A stretch of DNA of 63,997 bases, filler included, from Pirum gemmata (GCA_002812295.1; 16 parts of 16 records of this genome joined end to end with filler, not necessarily neighbours in it), one strand, 5' to 3'; positions 24,147 through 37,845 are shown, numbered from the whole stretch's first letter. Notes: a model not told the origin generated them from the sequence alone. Program-made: numbers and translations.

Positions 24147-26807
24147 TTAAAATAAGAATTTCATCAAAGGTGCCGAAAAAGTAAGAATTGCTACAGCTGC
24201 AAAACCAGCAGCTTCTGAGGAATTTGGCTTCTTCTTGCCTTGTTCTTTTGCTTTTGTTGGCGGAACCACATAAGGAGTACGTTTAGTTGGAGCACCAATA
24301 TTATCTTTAACAGGCCAGTTTGCGTTTACAGTGTAAGAATGGGTAGTATCAACTCCGTAAATTTCAACTTGAGTTGCACCTGTTTCACTTGCCTTAAAAG
24401 CATTGTATTTCAAAAATTCAACATTATCCGCTCCTTCGGTTGGGGTGATGGTTAATTTAGCTGGACAATCAGATTCTTTTGCCATTTTACTATTACTCTG
24501 AAGGTTGATAATCTTAGGTTTCAAATTTTCATATTGAATACTTCCTTCAACCTTGCATTCATCTCTAGCCATTCTATCTCTGTAAAATCTTTCTAAGTCA
24601 TCCATCTTATGTGAAATAATAGGAAAGGTATTATATTTGTGAACGTAACCTAAAACAGATTTAATCCATCTTGATAATAAACAATCTTTACCGTCATATG
24701 TTTTTGATCCATCGATATTTTTAGTATAAAAGTGTAAGTTGGCTTGATGAAACATATAAGGATCAGTTCGATAGGCCAACAAATTTCTAGCATTTTCAAA
24801 GCCTTCAATTTCAATCATTTGATCAAAAGTCAATTCTTTAGGGTATTTAATGGAGTCTTTGTTACATTTGTAACCATAAGGGGCGATTTTAACATCTAAC
24901 CCATTCCCATAACAATTCGGGCCATAGAATGAATTATGCTGCCTGTTATTTTCATCTGGCTCAGTACAATCGAAATAAATACGAGTAGCAAATCTAGGAA
25001 TAACTAGTAAACCCTCTCGACCTGGTACAACTTTTTTGAGTTCTTCAACCTCCCTTTTAAAGGTTTCCGTGTCTGACTTTGCCCCCCCTGTACCCAATTT
25101 AGCTTTAGCGTTAAATCCATGGTAAGGATTGACTGGTTTAAGATCAGTTCGAGAGTTGTCACCTACAGCGGTGTAAATACCAGCTTCCAACATTGCTTTT
25201 ATAGCTACGGTATAATTCAAACCAGAAATACGAGGTGTTACTATGGAATTAGGAGAAAAGTTTTTTGCACTATTCATTTTTGCTTCATCTTTGTCAAAAA
25301 GAGAATTTAAAGCCCACTTTTGATTTCTAGTTAATTCCATTGTAATGTAATCATGTGGAGAATAACCACAGTCTGGATATTCTGGTAAGTTATAAAGTTT
25401 TCTTGTGTCATCATTACCAATTGCTTCTCTACTATATTTACAATCTGGATTGTCCACAAAGTTTACACAGTTTAATTGTGCTCCTTTTTGCTTCAAGGAA
25501 TCTAATGTAACCGTGTTTGCCTGTGTTGGACAAACGCATTTACTCTCAACGCAGAGCAAATCCATATGACTCCAAGTGTGACTCACCCATAAGAAATCAT
25601 CTTGTAATTCTTTGATTTTAGTTTCTAATTTACCCAGAGCAGCTGTATCGTAGCCAAATTTAAAGGGGTTTTGATTTTCATAATAATTCCAACCTTGTGC
25701 ATTCACTGCATGTTCGATAGTAAAATTAGAACCTTTAGGCAAACTTGCTCTGTAAGTTTGTTGCCAGTTTTTAAGTTTCAACATGTCATCGGCGGTTACT
25801 CTAAAAGATGGAACTTCATCATCTGCTTCCGGATCATAGCCTTTAACTTGATTTTTCGGCAATGCTCTGTGTTTTTCCTTTTCAGCGAAAGATTGTGTGG
25901 ATATAAAAAGATCATCAATATGCGTGTTTAACACCAACCGTCTTTGACCCAGAAAAATACCTTTGGTAACCCATGTGAACCAAACATCAGTTAATACTAA
26001 ACCGTATTGGTGATATCCACTTTGCGTAAAAGTGAAGTGCATTTCTTCTTGGTCAAAGTCTCTACCATCTGAACCTTGTTTTGGCCTTTTAATGAGAAAC
26101 GCTCCAATGTTATCAGGAGCCGATGGGATGTCTTGATTTTTGATATTCATAAACGGGGTGATTTCCCCCACAGTAGACACAGCTGTATTAATTCCAACTG
26201 AATTCCAATAGATTTGTGTTACAGAATTATCGTTGTCCTTGCCATCTTGGTAAATGTGTTCATTACCTAATTTAAACTTAGCATCTTCTTTAATGTTGCT
26301 TTTGAAATTTTTCACGGCATATTCACCTGCGGTATTTTTGGAAAACTCCATGTTTAATTTGCTTGTCATTGGGGAAACTTTTTCTATTAAAGCATTATGG
26401 ACATTGGCGTTAGAGAATAAAGATACTTTTCTAACACCAAATCTTTGTTGATAAATATCCAAATCATTTTGTTGCTCCTGAGAAAGAGCAGGATCCCAAT
26501 TGCCGTTGTCACGTTTTACAGGTAAATTATAATGCATCAAAATTATACTACTATATTTCGGATTTTTTTTAGCATCATACAGAACTTTGTCTAGATCAAA
26601 ATTAGGTAATATTTTGTCGTTGTCATCAACTACCCTAACTACATCAAAAGAAGCGCCAAGTGATTGTAACTTTGTTATTGCAAGTTTCTCTTGATCTGGA
26701 TTTGCACTGCTTGATAAGAACAAGGTTTTTAAACCTATTTCAAAGTTTCTATCCGCTAGGACATGGCCACTAATACTTATTAAAGTAACCAAAGAAAAAA
26801 ACTTCAT
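24147..26807 (-). CDS. agd3: Agd3-like (CE18) secreted polysaccharide deacetylase, 886 aa, probable GPI anchor
   Basis: Intact intronless ORF with signal peptide. Motifs HIDDLF, WVSHTWSH, IVTP.ISGL, VGDNSR, PRFATRIYFD and PYMFHQANL match the Aspergillus Agd3 family as I recall it. Tail NSS..AGFAAVAILTF.. is GPI-signal-like. Confidence 0.85.
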   Translation of the reverse strand: MKFFSLVTLISISGHVLADRNFEIGLKTLFLSSSANPDQEKLAITKLQSLGASFDVVRVVDDNDKILPNFDLDKVLYDAKKNPKYSSIILMHYNLPVKRDNGNWDPALSQEQQNDLDIYQQRFGVRKVSLFSNANVHNALIEKVSPMTSKLNMEFSKNTAGEYAVKNFKSNIKEDAKFKLGNEHIYQDGKDNDNSVTQIYWNSVGINTAVSTVGEITPFMNIKNQDIPSAPDNIGAFLIKRPKQGSDGRDFDQEEMHFTFTQSGYHQYGLVLTDVWFTWVTKGIFLGQRRLVLNTHIDDLFISTQSFAEKEKHRALPKNQVKGYDPEADDEVPSFRVTADDMLKLKNWQQTYRASLPKGSNFTIEHAVNAQGWNYYENQNPFKFGYDTAALGKLETKIKELQDDFLWVSHTWSHMDLLCVESKCVCPTQANTVTLDSLKQKGAQLNCVNFVDNPDCKYSREAIGNDDTRKLYNLPEYPDCGYSPHDYITMELTRNQKWALNSLFDKDEAKMNSAKNFSPNSIVTPRISGLNYTVAIKAMLEAGIYTAVGDNSRTDLKPVNPYHGFNAKAKLGTGGAKSDTETFKREVEELKKVVPGREGLLVIPRFATRIYFDCTEPDENNRQHNSFYGPNCYGNGLDVKIAPYGYKCNKDSIKYPKELTFDQMIEIEGFENARNLLAYRTDPYMFHQANLHFYTKNIDGSKTYDGKDCLLSRWIKSVLGYVHKYNTFPIISHKMDDLERFYRDRMARDECKVEGSIQYENLKPKIINLQSNSKMAKESDCPAKLTITPTEGADNVEFLKYNAFKASETGATQVEIYGVDTTHSYTVNANWPVKDNIGAPTKRTPYVVPPTKAKEQGKKKPNSSEAAGFAAVAILTFSAPLMKFLF

Positions 26808-27198
26808 TTTCGATTGTATATTATTTTTTAATTAATATATAAATTAATAATTTATTTTGTGTATTATTTATTATTACTATGTATTATGTATTATGTATAT
26901 ATATAGTTATTAGATAGCCAGTATCTCTTTACATATATAAATATATTACTTTTTTGTTTTTTTCTCTATTTTATTTATTTATTTTATTTTATTTCATTTA
27001 TTTTCTACTATATATACAAATATTTTTTTGTCTAATAATAATAAAAATAAACCAAAAAACAAGAACCAAAAAAACAAGGACCAATAAAAAATCAAAACAA
27101 CTCCAAAACCAAAAAAGCAAAAACAAAAAGCAAAAACNNNNNNNNNNNNNNNNNNNNNNNNNNNNNNNNNNNNNNNNNNNNNNNNNNNNNNNNNNNNN

Positions 27199-27259
<61 letters not shown>

Positions 27260-29988
27260 GCGGTGTTGTTGTTATTGTTGTACTGTGTTTTTATTGTTGT
27301 TGTACTTTTTTGCTTTTGTTTGTGCGGTGTTGTTGTTGTTGTTGTTGTTGTTTACTTTAAAATTGTTGTTGTTGTTGTACTGTGTTTTTATTGTTGTTGT
27401 ACTTTTTTGCTTTTGTTGTTAACGTTGTTGTTGTTTACTTTAAAATTGTTGTTTGTTGTGTTGTTGTTGTTGTATGAACCGTAAAATAAAATTATGAAAC
27501 TTTTATCATAATTATATTAGATTTGAAGAATGTAATTTGAGCAACTTTTTATTAGTGAACAATCCGTTTTTTATATTTTAAAAAACCCAACTTTTTTTAT
27601 CATAATGTATATTTACATATTTATAATGAAATAATGTTATATCACATCTATATTAATCAAGAAAACTAATTATTAAAATATAATATATTATAATATCTGA
27701 TATTATGTATAAGGAAAATAGTGCTCTAATGAATTGTTCAATAATGCTACCATATATTTAATATACACATCATTAATATTTATGATATTCATTATATTAT
27801 TAGCGTTATAATAAGGGTTAGGGTTCGGGTTGGGTTAGTTTAGGGTTAGAATTAGCGTTAGTTAGGGTTAATTCGAGTTAGAGTTAGAATTAGAAATAGA
27901 ATTAGGATTAGAGTGGTGTTTGAAATTTTTTTGGGGATATTAATTAATACACCTCTAACTAGAGGATCCATCTCCAAAAAATCCTGATCATTTATTTTTT
28001 TTTTAAAAAAATAAGTTAGAGAACCCCGCGCTAGAAAATAAGAAAAAAAGAATGGTGGATTTTGTATATCTTGACTTCTTCCCCATTGGGTTCCCATCCG
28101 TGTGCGTTTAATGTTTATGGCGACCAAGTGCCAAGCTTTTTTTGCTGTTTGAGTTTGTAGTTCTGGTTGTTCGAATTCATTTTTTAACTCTTTTCTAACT
28201 TTCTCGAGCTCTTTACTTTTTTTTTATTTTTTGCCTTTCTGGTGTTTCAAATTGCATGTTCAACTTTGTTATCCTTGTAAATTGGATATTTATTATTGTT
28301 ATATATATTATAAATTGCCTATTTATTATTGTTGTTATTTTTTCTTTAGAATATCTCTTGTCTGTCATTTTGGTTGTTTCATTCATAATTCCTATGAGTG
28401 TTGTTGGTGATTTACTATTATTATTATTATTATTATTTAATCTCGCAAGTATTATTATTATTATTAGTATTATTATTAATTGTTATTTAAACTCAGAATA
28501 TATTACCCCGCCACATCACAGTTGTGACTATTTTATTTCTATATTAAAATTGCACTTTGACGTTTGGAAAAGAAGCAGNNNNNNNNNNNNNNNNNNNNNN
28601 NNNNNNNNNNNNNNNNNNNNNNTTAATTAATTAANNNNNNNNNNNNNNNNNNNNNNNNNNNNNNNNNNNNNNNNNNNNATTATTATTATTATTATTATTA
28701 TAGGATAAAACTACAAAAATCATTTTTTTTTAGACTTCATTTCTAAAAACTCCAAATTATTATTAAAAACGGGCCATTAGTTCATATAAGTTCATATTAT
28801 AATAGAGTTTTCTTAGTTGGGCGATTTCTGAAATTTTGATAGTGTTTTCATTAAAATTGGAGGATTTTAAGATTTCGTCCGATTTTGAGCTCATAAGAGT
28901 CCAACAGCAAGGACTTGTACCTGGACTTCAAAGTTTCTTTTTTAAAGTCCTTGGACGTATTTTTGTGACGATATATTGACGCACTAATTTATATAAAACA
29001 ACTTTAGAAAACAAATAAAAACAGCATTATGAACTGAACTACTTTCAACTGGGTCAACTACAAGTACTACACCTTCGAAATAAGTATATTCTTTTATCAA
29101 TTTTGAGTCATCTTGGTAATATTTCTTTTTATCTATATATATAAATATATCATAAGTATATCATATCATATATAAAAAAAAAATGCAAAAAATATTGCTT
29201 TTTTAAAAATTTGAAAGTGGTTTAGGTTTTTGGACTTTGACAGAACTTGAACTTATTATTATTCTAAACAAAGACTTTGTAAAGCAAAAAATATTATAAA
29301 TCAATAATAGACCGTCTATTTGTGAATGATGAATAGCGTACCATACGAATGCCATACGATATGCATCACTTTTGCGTCATGTTTTAAAATTGCGTCATTT
29401 CCATAGGTCCAGTGTTTTTGGAATATGTATGAGTGCAGAACTATACTTCTACAGTTCTACTACTATCACCTATCAATTTGATATTATTGATAATTGAACT
29501 TTAATTGATATCATACTATTTATTTAATTTGATAGTTTATCCGATATAATCTATCCTAGCTATGATAGCGATATCATACATATTATGATATTACATGTAT
29601 ACCCACTCGATAATATAGTCATTTATATAGTCATATTATATATCATCAGATATATCGATATGTATTGCTACTGCATCAAGCGCAGTTTCTCATACTATAC
29701 CAGGTATTACAACAAGGACTTCATGAAAAGTTTTTTTTTCCTGAAGTCCTTGTTGTTTTCATAAAAAGTAGCTAGCTATCTGATAGTATCCTATCGCTTA
29801 TATAATATTATGATATATAAAAAAATAAAAATTAGCCGAGAAAGTTTGTGCAGTCTAGCAACTACTAGAGTCTAGCAACTAGCTAGCTAGTAGCTAGCTA
29901 GTAGGGTTGGCTACTAGCTAGCTCTAGCTCTAGCTAGGCTACTAGCTAGAGTAGAGGTTGCTGCTTCTCTTATGATACTAGCTAGCTT

Positions 29989-30263
29989 AGCGTTCAATAA
30001 TTACGTAACGCCGATTTGGGGCAAAAACCTATCATACCCTACTACCCCCCGTGTAATGGCCTGTCAAGTTTGAGAAGGACTCCCTACCCCTTATGACGTA
30101 GCGATTTGGAAAAAATAGTACCGTAAATTACCTAAATACTCAAGTCATGTTATATATATGTCATATTACGAAAACGTACCCCCCCTACTGCGTCACGGCT
30201 TGTCACAAAATCCGGCCCCCTACCTAGTACCTACCCCCCAGCGTTACGTAATTATTAAACGCT
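29989..30263. mobile_element. MITE family D copy (inverted, eroded ends)
   Basis: Reverse complement of 21303-21573 with small insertions. Confidence 0.8.
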
Positions 30264-30734
30264 TAGTAGTAGTAGGCTGCTTGGGCACTTGGGCTACTAG
30301 GAGTAGACCCCACCGGGGGGGGGGTCTACTACTTGGGCACCACTTGGGACTGTTGGGCAAAAAAAAAAAAAATCCCCGTATACTGTTATCATATGATTCA
30401 TATCACTATCGATAGTAAGAGGCCTCTAGCTAGCTAGCTAGCTAGTAGTAAGCTACCAATAACTCCAATTACTAAGTTTGTAGGTTTTGTTTTTACGTTT
30501 CAATGTGTATTGTGTCTTATGACAGCTTGGGTCTAGCTAGGCGGTTGATAAGGTGAATTCATCTTGACTAGAGAAAAAATCTATTGACGTACGAGTATAT
30601 ACACAAAGAGGAAAACTGTTTCACAAACTTTTTCTCCTCTTATTTTCCAAGGTATAATACCAGTATTATATTAATATCATTATTGTAATTCTTTTTAATT
30701 TTCAAGACCTTCGTCATTTGAGACCGTCATTTTT

Positions 30735-31220
30735 GGGGTTAGAGTTAGGGTAAAAGTTATTATGGTTATTAGCCAGTGGTTAGGGGTTAAGGAGTACTAG
30801 TGTTGGGGATTATTATTATAAATGGGGTTCAATGATTAGGGAATGATAGGGGTTAAGGAAAGTGGTTATTATAGGGGTTAGAGGTTAGGGGTTAGGGGCT
30901 TTATAGGGCTCGGCATTTAGAGGTTATAGGGCTCCGGGCTTAGGGTATAGGGCTCCGGGCAGGGCTCAAGGCTCAAGGCTCAGGGCTCAGGCCTTAGAGC
31001 TTATAGGGCTCAGGGTTATAGGGCTCAGGGTTAATAGGGCTCAGGGTTTAGCTATAGGGCTGAGTTAGGGGTTATAGACTAGCTAGCTACCAGGCTTGGG
31101 GTTTAGGAGTTATAGGGCTTACGGCTTAGGGCTTACACACAGGGCTTGGGGATGTAGAGGTTTGCTTAGGGCTTAGGGCTTAGGGCTTAGGGCTTATAGG
31201 GGTTAGGACTTACAGGGTTG
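30735..31220 (+). repeat. Degenerate telomere-like repeats (TTAGGG, TTAGGGC, TTATAGGGCTCAGGG variants)
   Basis: Seen directly. Confidence 0.75.
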
Positions 31221-31831
31221 AAGAAAAGATCAGCTAGCTAACTAAGCTTGTTAAGACTTTATTTGCGTATAATATTACAGAGGGTAAAGTGATTTTTTTT
31301 AAAATAATTTTCATATTATGCTACAAAAAAGGTCGTATTTCGCACTCTGGTACATACGCTTTTTTGGGTGTTTGTACAGTTTTGAGCAAAAACTCTTGGC
31401 TAAAACATGCATTAATATCGCTATCGGCGATTCAGCAGTCAACACTAATATCTACAATATCATTATTAAATTATTTCTATATTCTATTATTATAATATAT
31501 ACTATTATATTATGCGTTCTATGTATTATTTTAGTTTACGTAAGGTTTCTTTTCATTATCAGTGTTATATCTAAAATTGACCAATACCTGAGAAGCATCT
31601 AAATCTAATGTTTGTAAAGGCCTTTATAACAGACGGGGTATGTAATACGAGAATAATTATTATCTTTTTTAATTTATAAATAATCTTTTAGTATTGGTAA
31701 TTAGATTCTATATATGATTGGCTGTTACATTACTATATACCCTAAATGTTTCACTTTTTCACTAATTTAAAAGTAAAAACTGACCGGTTTAATTTGAGTT
31801 GTACACGTGTAATAATAATAAACAAAGTTTC

Positions 31832-32142
31832 TTAAATTTCAGATGAGTCCACTATATGTCCTCTAAGTCTTCGGGACAAAAGCATATCCTATATATATAT
31901 ATATAAGTAGGGATAAAATGTTAGGATCAGCTTAGTAGAAATTTAAAAAATAAACGACAAAACAAGAAGACAACTGTATAGTACAAATTTCCACCAACAC
32001 CTACCCTGGGCATTATCGTAACCCGTTTAGCGTGTATAGCACACAGATTTGAATCTTCCATAAGATTAACAATGTACATTTCTGTAGCTTCTTGCAAGGC
32101 TGCTAGAGATGAGGGTGTAAATCTTAAATCACCCTTTATGTC
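31832..32142 (-). CDS. Divergent histone H3 variant (possible CenH3), last two exons 32142-32005 and 31888-31832
   Basis: Spliced translation [64 protein letters not shown] aligns with the H3 histone fold; GT-AG intron. Confidence 0.9.
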
Positions 32143-33139
32143 CTATAAAACAATAACAATATTATTATTATTATTATTATTATTANNNNNNNNNNNNNNN
32201 NNNNNNNNNNNNNNNNNNNNNNNNNNNNNTTAATTAATTAANNNNNNNNNNNNNNNNNNNNNNNNNNNNNNNNNNNNNNNNNNNNTAATAATAATAATAA
32301 TAATAATAGTTATAATTCCAATAATAATTAAAGTGTTAATAATATTAAAGTTAATATTACAATTATATTAATGATGGTAGAATGATCATATATAATCATA
32401 ACAACAACAATAATAACTGAATGAAATCTATCAACATTAGTATATTTTATTGACTCTTTTTATGGATTCTTTTTATGAATTCTATTTACGTTTTCATTTT
32501 TTTAACTGGTATAATAAGCTTTTACTTGGTTTGTAATAAGCATAGTTATTCTTTCTTTTTATTATCATACATACATTAAAAATCACCCTAAATTATTATA
32601 ACACAAGTCAATAATTTTAAAAAAATAGAAAACACCACAGTATGATACATTTGAACCATAGTAGTTACATGTCAGAATACCCATACCATATAAGCAGTTA
32701 CATATTAGAATACCCATGCCATGTGTTTGTGGAGAATTATTGTGTGAATTACAATAATACTCCTTTTACTTGTATTTTATCGATTAAGTTTATCATAATA
32801 TGGTAGTGTATGTTATTATCATACAACAGCAAATCCAACGTGAATTTTCTGCGAAAGAATTTTACATTTACAAGAAAAAAAATCGTTCCAAATTCCAATA
32901 ACCAATAAAAACGTCTATTGAATCGTCTCTACTCTCTAGTAGGTCAACATTGGTGACCCACACTAAATATTCCAAAACATTAGCGAAATTCTGAGTGAAA
33001 TATTAGCAAGGAGTTCAAGAAAAAAAATATTAGTGAAATATTATCAGATATCATACTTAGTAGTGAAACATTATATTTACCACGACTAGTCAATCGATCT
33101 CCTAGCTAGAGCTAGTACCAGTACTGTGATAGGAATCTT

Positions 33140-33490
33140 AGAATTAGGGTTATTAGGGTTAGGATTTGGGTTATTAGGGTCATTAGGGTTATCACAGGGG
33201 TTAGGGGTCAGGGGTTAGGGTTAGGGGTTAGGGGTTAGGGTTAGGGGTTAGGGGTTAGGGTTAAGGGTTAGGGGTTAGGGGTTAGGGGTTAGGGTTAGGG
33301 GTTAGGGGTTAAGGGTTAAGGGGTTAGGGGTTTAGGGGTTAGAGGTTAGGGGTTTAGGATTTAGGATTTAGGGTCTAGGGTCTAGGGGTTAAGGGGTTAG
33401 GGGTTAGGGGTTGAGTAAAAGAGCTATGGTTAAAGGGTTAGGGGTTAGGCGTAGGATTACGGTTTTAATTAAAGGTTATAATTAGGGTTA
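33140..33490 (+). repeat. Interstitial TTAGGG/TTAGGGG array
   Basis: Seen directly. Confidence 0.85.
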
Positions 33491-35179
33491 TATAAGTGAA
33501 ATTATTAATATAGTAGATATGAATATATGATGACTTTAAATATGATACCGCTATATACGATATACAGTGTTCATTACACCAATACTGCTATGATGTCCGT
33601 ACAATATTATGACATAGCTATACCATATAGGTCATAATGTATATATCATACATGACATTGTTGTAGAACGAGTGTTTCAGATGACAGTCAAAAGATAAAA
33701 AAACTGTTACATAATATTATGCATATCTAATATTAAATGCATACTACGTATTCATAAGTCTGGACGTTAAAAAGGTAACAAACATGATCATACACTAAAT
33801 CTCAGCTGGATATCATACTCCTTACAATTATTGAGTGGTCTATGAATGTATGCGTATGATAATAATATTATAATAATATAATAGATGATATGTAAAGCCC
33901 TAATAATAGATGTAAAGTCATTCATGTTTTGAAAAATAGTATGTAACCTTATCTACCAAAATAGGTAATATATATGTGTGCTTCAATTTTCAAAGCGAGT
34001 AAAAAGGGTCAACTTTTAAAAATGGTCAACAAAGAAAAAAAAAAAAAGAATGGTAGTAAGAGCTCTAGCTAGTAAGCTACTAGCTAGCTACAGTAGTAGT
34101 AGTATCAACTGATAGTACTCTATCTACTATGATAGCTAGCTAGCTAGTAGCTAGCTAGTATGATAGTAGTACCTGGCCCTGGTACCTGGCTGTGAATTTT
34201 AAAAATCTGGTCTATGTTTTTTTAGTTAGCAGTTTTTAACTTCTAGTTCTCCAAAGAAAGTCCAAAGAAATGCTTTTTACATAAATAATAGGTCTAAGGT
34301 TTATGGTCAAAATTTTGAGAAATTTTGAGAAATTTTTTTCTTGAGTCTTGAGAAGTGCATCTATCACTATGATATGATATCACTTCTATCTTGTCACTTC
34401 TAGCTAGGTCTGGTATTTAATAGCTAGTAGCTATGGATAGCTATCGGTATGACAGTAGTATGACCCTTAGTAGGTAGGTTAGCTCTAGTAGCTATGATAT
34501 CATAGTCTAGTAGCTAGTAGTAGCAGCTACTCAGGTCTATGAGTGTCTAATACTGTCTATGGGAGAGAAAATAAGAAATTTTCTGTTAGGCGACTACCCA
34601 GTTTTCGTCTTTTAGTAGCTCTTTTGTCATAAAAAAATACTTTATGATTTTTTTGAATTTTTTTTCTCCAATGAAAATATCAAATTTTCACAAGTTTTAA
34701 TTTTGAGCGAATGAATTTATCAAATATTCCAAACAAGTTGACTCCAAACAGCCAATTATTTTTGAAGAGAATGCGACGTGAATCCACTTATCGTCACTGA
34801 ACCTGAACTCCAGTGTTACTCCACTGAAGACTTTGACTTAGCTAGTACTGAAGATAAATTTGTGTTGGATGTTTGGCTGCAGAAAATAGATGGAACGGGC
34901 TCTGCTGTGTGGGCAGCGCGGTTTTACTTTGTGATAGCTGAAGATAAAAGATTAGTGAAGATCAAAGCTTCAAAACCAGACCTAGACCTATCATGGTCTA
35001 CCTCTAGCTAGCTAGCTACGATAGCTAGTTAGAGAGTCGTTACTAGGTACCAAAATTGGCAGACTCGACTACGACTACTACTACCGGTGAGTAGACCCGC
35101 TAGTTAGCTTAGCTAGCTAGGTAGAACTTAGGTCAGGAACTTAGGTAGACGGTAGACCCCACTAAGCTACTAGCTAGTA

Positions 35180-35367
35180 GCTTTGTTTAAAAATCGAGTT
35201 TTCGAGCCTTTTATTAATTAAATAAGTTCGAAAATTTTAAGCTAACAGTTGAGTATTCAAGTATATTTGTTTATTTATAAACCCGAAAAAAATTTTAAAA
35301 AATAATTTTCGAACAGGGCTGAATTTTGGCTTTTTTTTCAACAGCATAAATTCAAGCTTTCGGGCTC
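35180..35367. mobile_element. Dispersed repeat / MITE family E
   Basis: TTGTTTAAAAATCGAG..TTCGAGCC..AAATAAGTTCGAAAATTTTAAGCT recurs near 54860-55010 and, inverted, near 53561-53750. Confidence 0.7.
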
Positions 35368-36463
35368 CAGCAGAATTGTGAGAGGCTTAGACAGCTTAGA
35401 CCAGCTAGCTACCCCATCATGTAGGCCTGGTGACTGGTCTAGAGTGTTCTGTTCTACACCAATCTACACACTATACTTACACTCTATCTACAATTCTACA
35501 CCTATTCTACACTCTAGCTAGCACTCTATCTAGCTAGTTTAGCTAGTGCACCAATTGTAAATTGTAATCCTCAGGGATTTTTCCCTAATTTTCCCTTCGA
35601 ATTTTTCCTTAGGTAATTTTTCACTAATTTTTCACTAATTTTTCCCAGCATTATCTACTGGCATTATTTATTTTTAGTAATATCAATACTATTATTATTT
35701 ACTGCTACTACTAGTTTCAGTATTATTTATTTATCGATATAAAATGTATGATACATAAATACTATGCAATGTACTCTTATTAGATGCAATATCAATACGA
35801 TATATATTAAAAAAAAANNNNNNNNNNNNNNNNNNNNNNNNNNNNNNNNNNNNNNNNNNNNTTAATTAATTAANNNNNNNNNNNNNNNNNNNNNNNNNNN
35901 NNNNNNNNNNNNNNNNNTTTCATTTAATTTGGTATATTTTATTATATATATATATTATTTAAAAGTATCAATTTAAGTATTATAAACAACCAAATAAATA
36001 TAATTTTTATAAAATCATCACCACTCTCCCAATCGCATCAGCCCCCCCTCTCGGCAAGGAAAATAATAAAGAAAACATGTTTGCACTACAAGCTAGCTAG
36101 CTGTAGACTAGCTAGCTAGCTAGCAGCTAGCTACTGGTGGCAGATGTAGCGTTTAATTTGGTACTGTTTAAAAGTATAATTGAACTTTTTTATAAAATAC
36201 AACATTACTTAGAAAATACCAAATTAATTAAAAAATGTCTTTTAGTTTAAATATAATAATAATTTGGTATGTTTATTTCAGTTTTGAACTGGGTGAAAGA
36301 TTGTTAGGATTGTTAGTCTCTGTTGTTAGTCTAGTCTCTCTCGTGTTCTCTCTAGCTAGCTAGGGATTGTTAGCTAGTCTCTAGTCTAGCTAGCTAGCTA
36401 GTGGGCAACAACAAAATTTCCTGTAGACCCTCCTACACGGGCCCTAGTAGCTAGCTAGCTAGC

Positions 36464-36653
36464 TAGCGCTTTTCATTTATTTTGTCACTCCGAATATTTA
36501 TTTGGTAGGTTATAATTTTTTAATTGACATTTTTGAATGAATAAATGTATAATAAAATATACCAAATTAAATGAAATGGATTTATATTGTATTAATTTGG
36601 TACTCTTTATTGTATATTTTATGATGACAAAACAACTTTTATTAAAAGCACGA
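36464..36653. mobile_element. MITE family A copy
   Basis: TAGCGCTTTTCA ... AAAAGCACGA|TA. Confidence 0.75.
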
Positions 36654-37377
36654 TATATTGATTTAGGATTTACTTGTGGATTCCTGAATGGGGGGGAATC
36701 ACAACTGTTATATTGATTTAGGATTTACTTGTGGATTCCTGAATGGGGGGAATCACAAAGTAATCACAACTGTAAGAAGCAGAATTTTAATACATATACA
36801 CATAACTAGATTTAAAAACGAATCAATACATGATAATAAATAAAGTACAAAGCTTTGCATTGTCAAATATTAACAAATTAACTTACATACACAATTCATA
36901 TTTATCTTTAATATTTATCTTTTCCATTTTGATCAAAAATACCACTGATATATTGCAAAAATAGGATTAATATATTGCATTCATACGACTAATATATTGC
37001 TATTTGCAATAAAATAATAATATATAATAAATCTGAAATTCCTTCCTAAAACAAGAGTTTTTACACTGTTTTCACTCTTTTTTTTTTTTTTTAACAAACA
37101 AAAATTTTTTTTTTTGTGTTCGTTTTTTAAAATTTGTTGGTTGATAAATTGGTTGGTTGGTTAGCTGGTTGGTGTCGGTGCTGTCCAAAAAAGAAATTCG
37201 ATTTTCCAACCCAAACCCAAAGGAAAAATGGTTAAACATGCAGACATAACGGTTAAAAATGTTGAACTTTAAAAATATATATAGGAAATCTACTTGATAT
37301 TGTATCGATTTACTATAGTTTTAAGAGTAAAATAACGAATTAACAAAATATATTACCATAAACTAATAACAACTATC

Positions 37378-37792
37378 CATTCATTCATTCATGCATTCAT
37401 TCATTCATTCATTCATTCATTCATTCATTCATTTCATTCATTTCATTCATTCATTCATTCATTCATTCATTTCATTTCATTTCATTTCATTTCATTTCAT
37501 TTCATTTCATTTCATTTCATTTCATTTCATTCATTCATTCATTCATTCATTCATTCATTCATTCATTCATTCATTCATTCATTCNNNNNNNNNNNNNNNN
37601 NNNNNNNNNNNNNNNNNNNNNNNNNNNNNNNNNNNNNNNNNNNNNNNNNNNNNNNNNNNNNNNNNNNNNNNNNNTTCATTCATTCATTCATTCATTCATT
37701 CATTCATTCATTCATTCATTCATTCATTCATTCATTCATTCATTCATTCATTCATTCATTCATTCATTCATTCATTCATTTGTTCGTTCGTT

Positions 37793-37823
<31 letters not shown>

Positions 37824-37845
37824 TCGTTCGCTCATTCATTCATTC
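37378..37845. repeat. Compound (TTCA)n/(TTTCA)n/(TTCG)n microsatellite
   Basis: Seen directly. Confidence 0.95.

Noticed and set aside
17376..26807. Nuclease/transposase plus deacetylase as a gene cluster or cargo-carrying element
   Set aside because: They sit on different scaffolds separated by artificial spacers.
27960..28400. Minus-strand coding remnant (MQFETPERQK...AWHLVAINIKR)
   Set aside because: Frameshifted, no recognisable motif, and no consistent splice model.
34778..35011. 77-aa ORF in a repeat-rich scaffold
   Set aside because: No motif, interrupted by CTAG-type sequence; probably a TE relic that I cannot classify.
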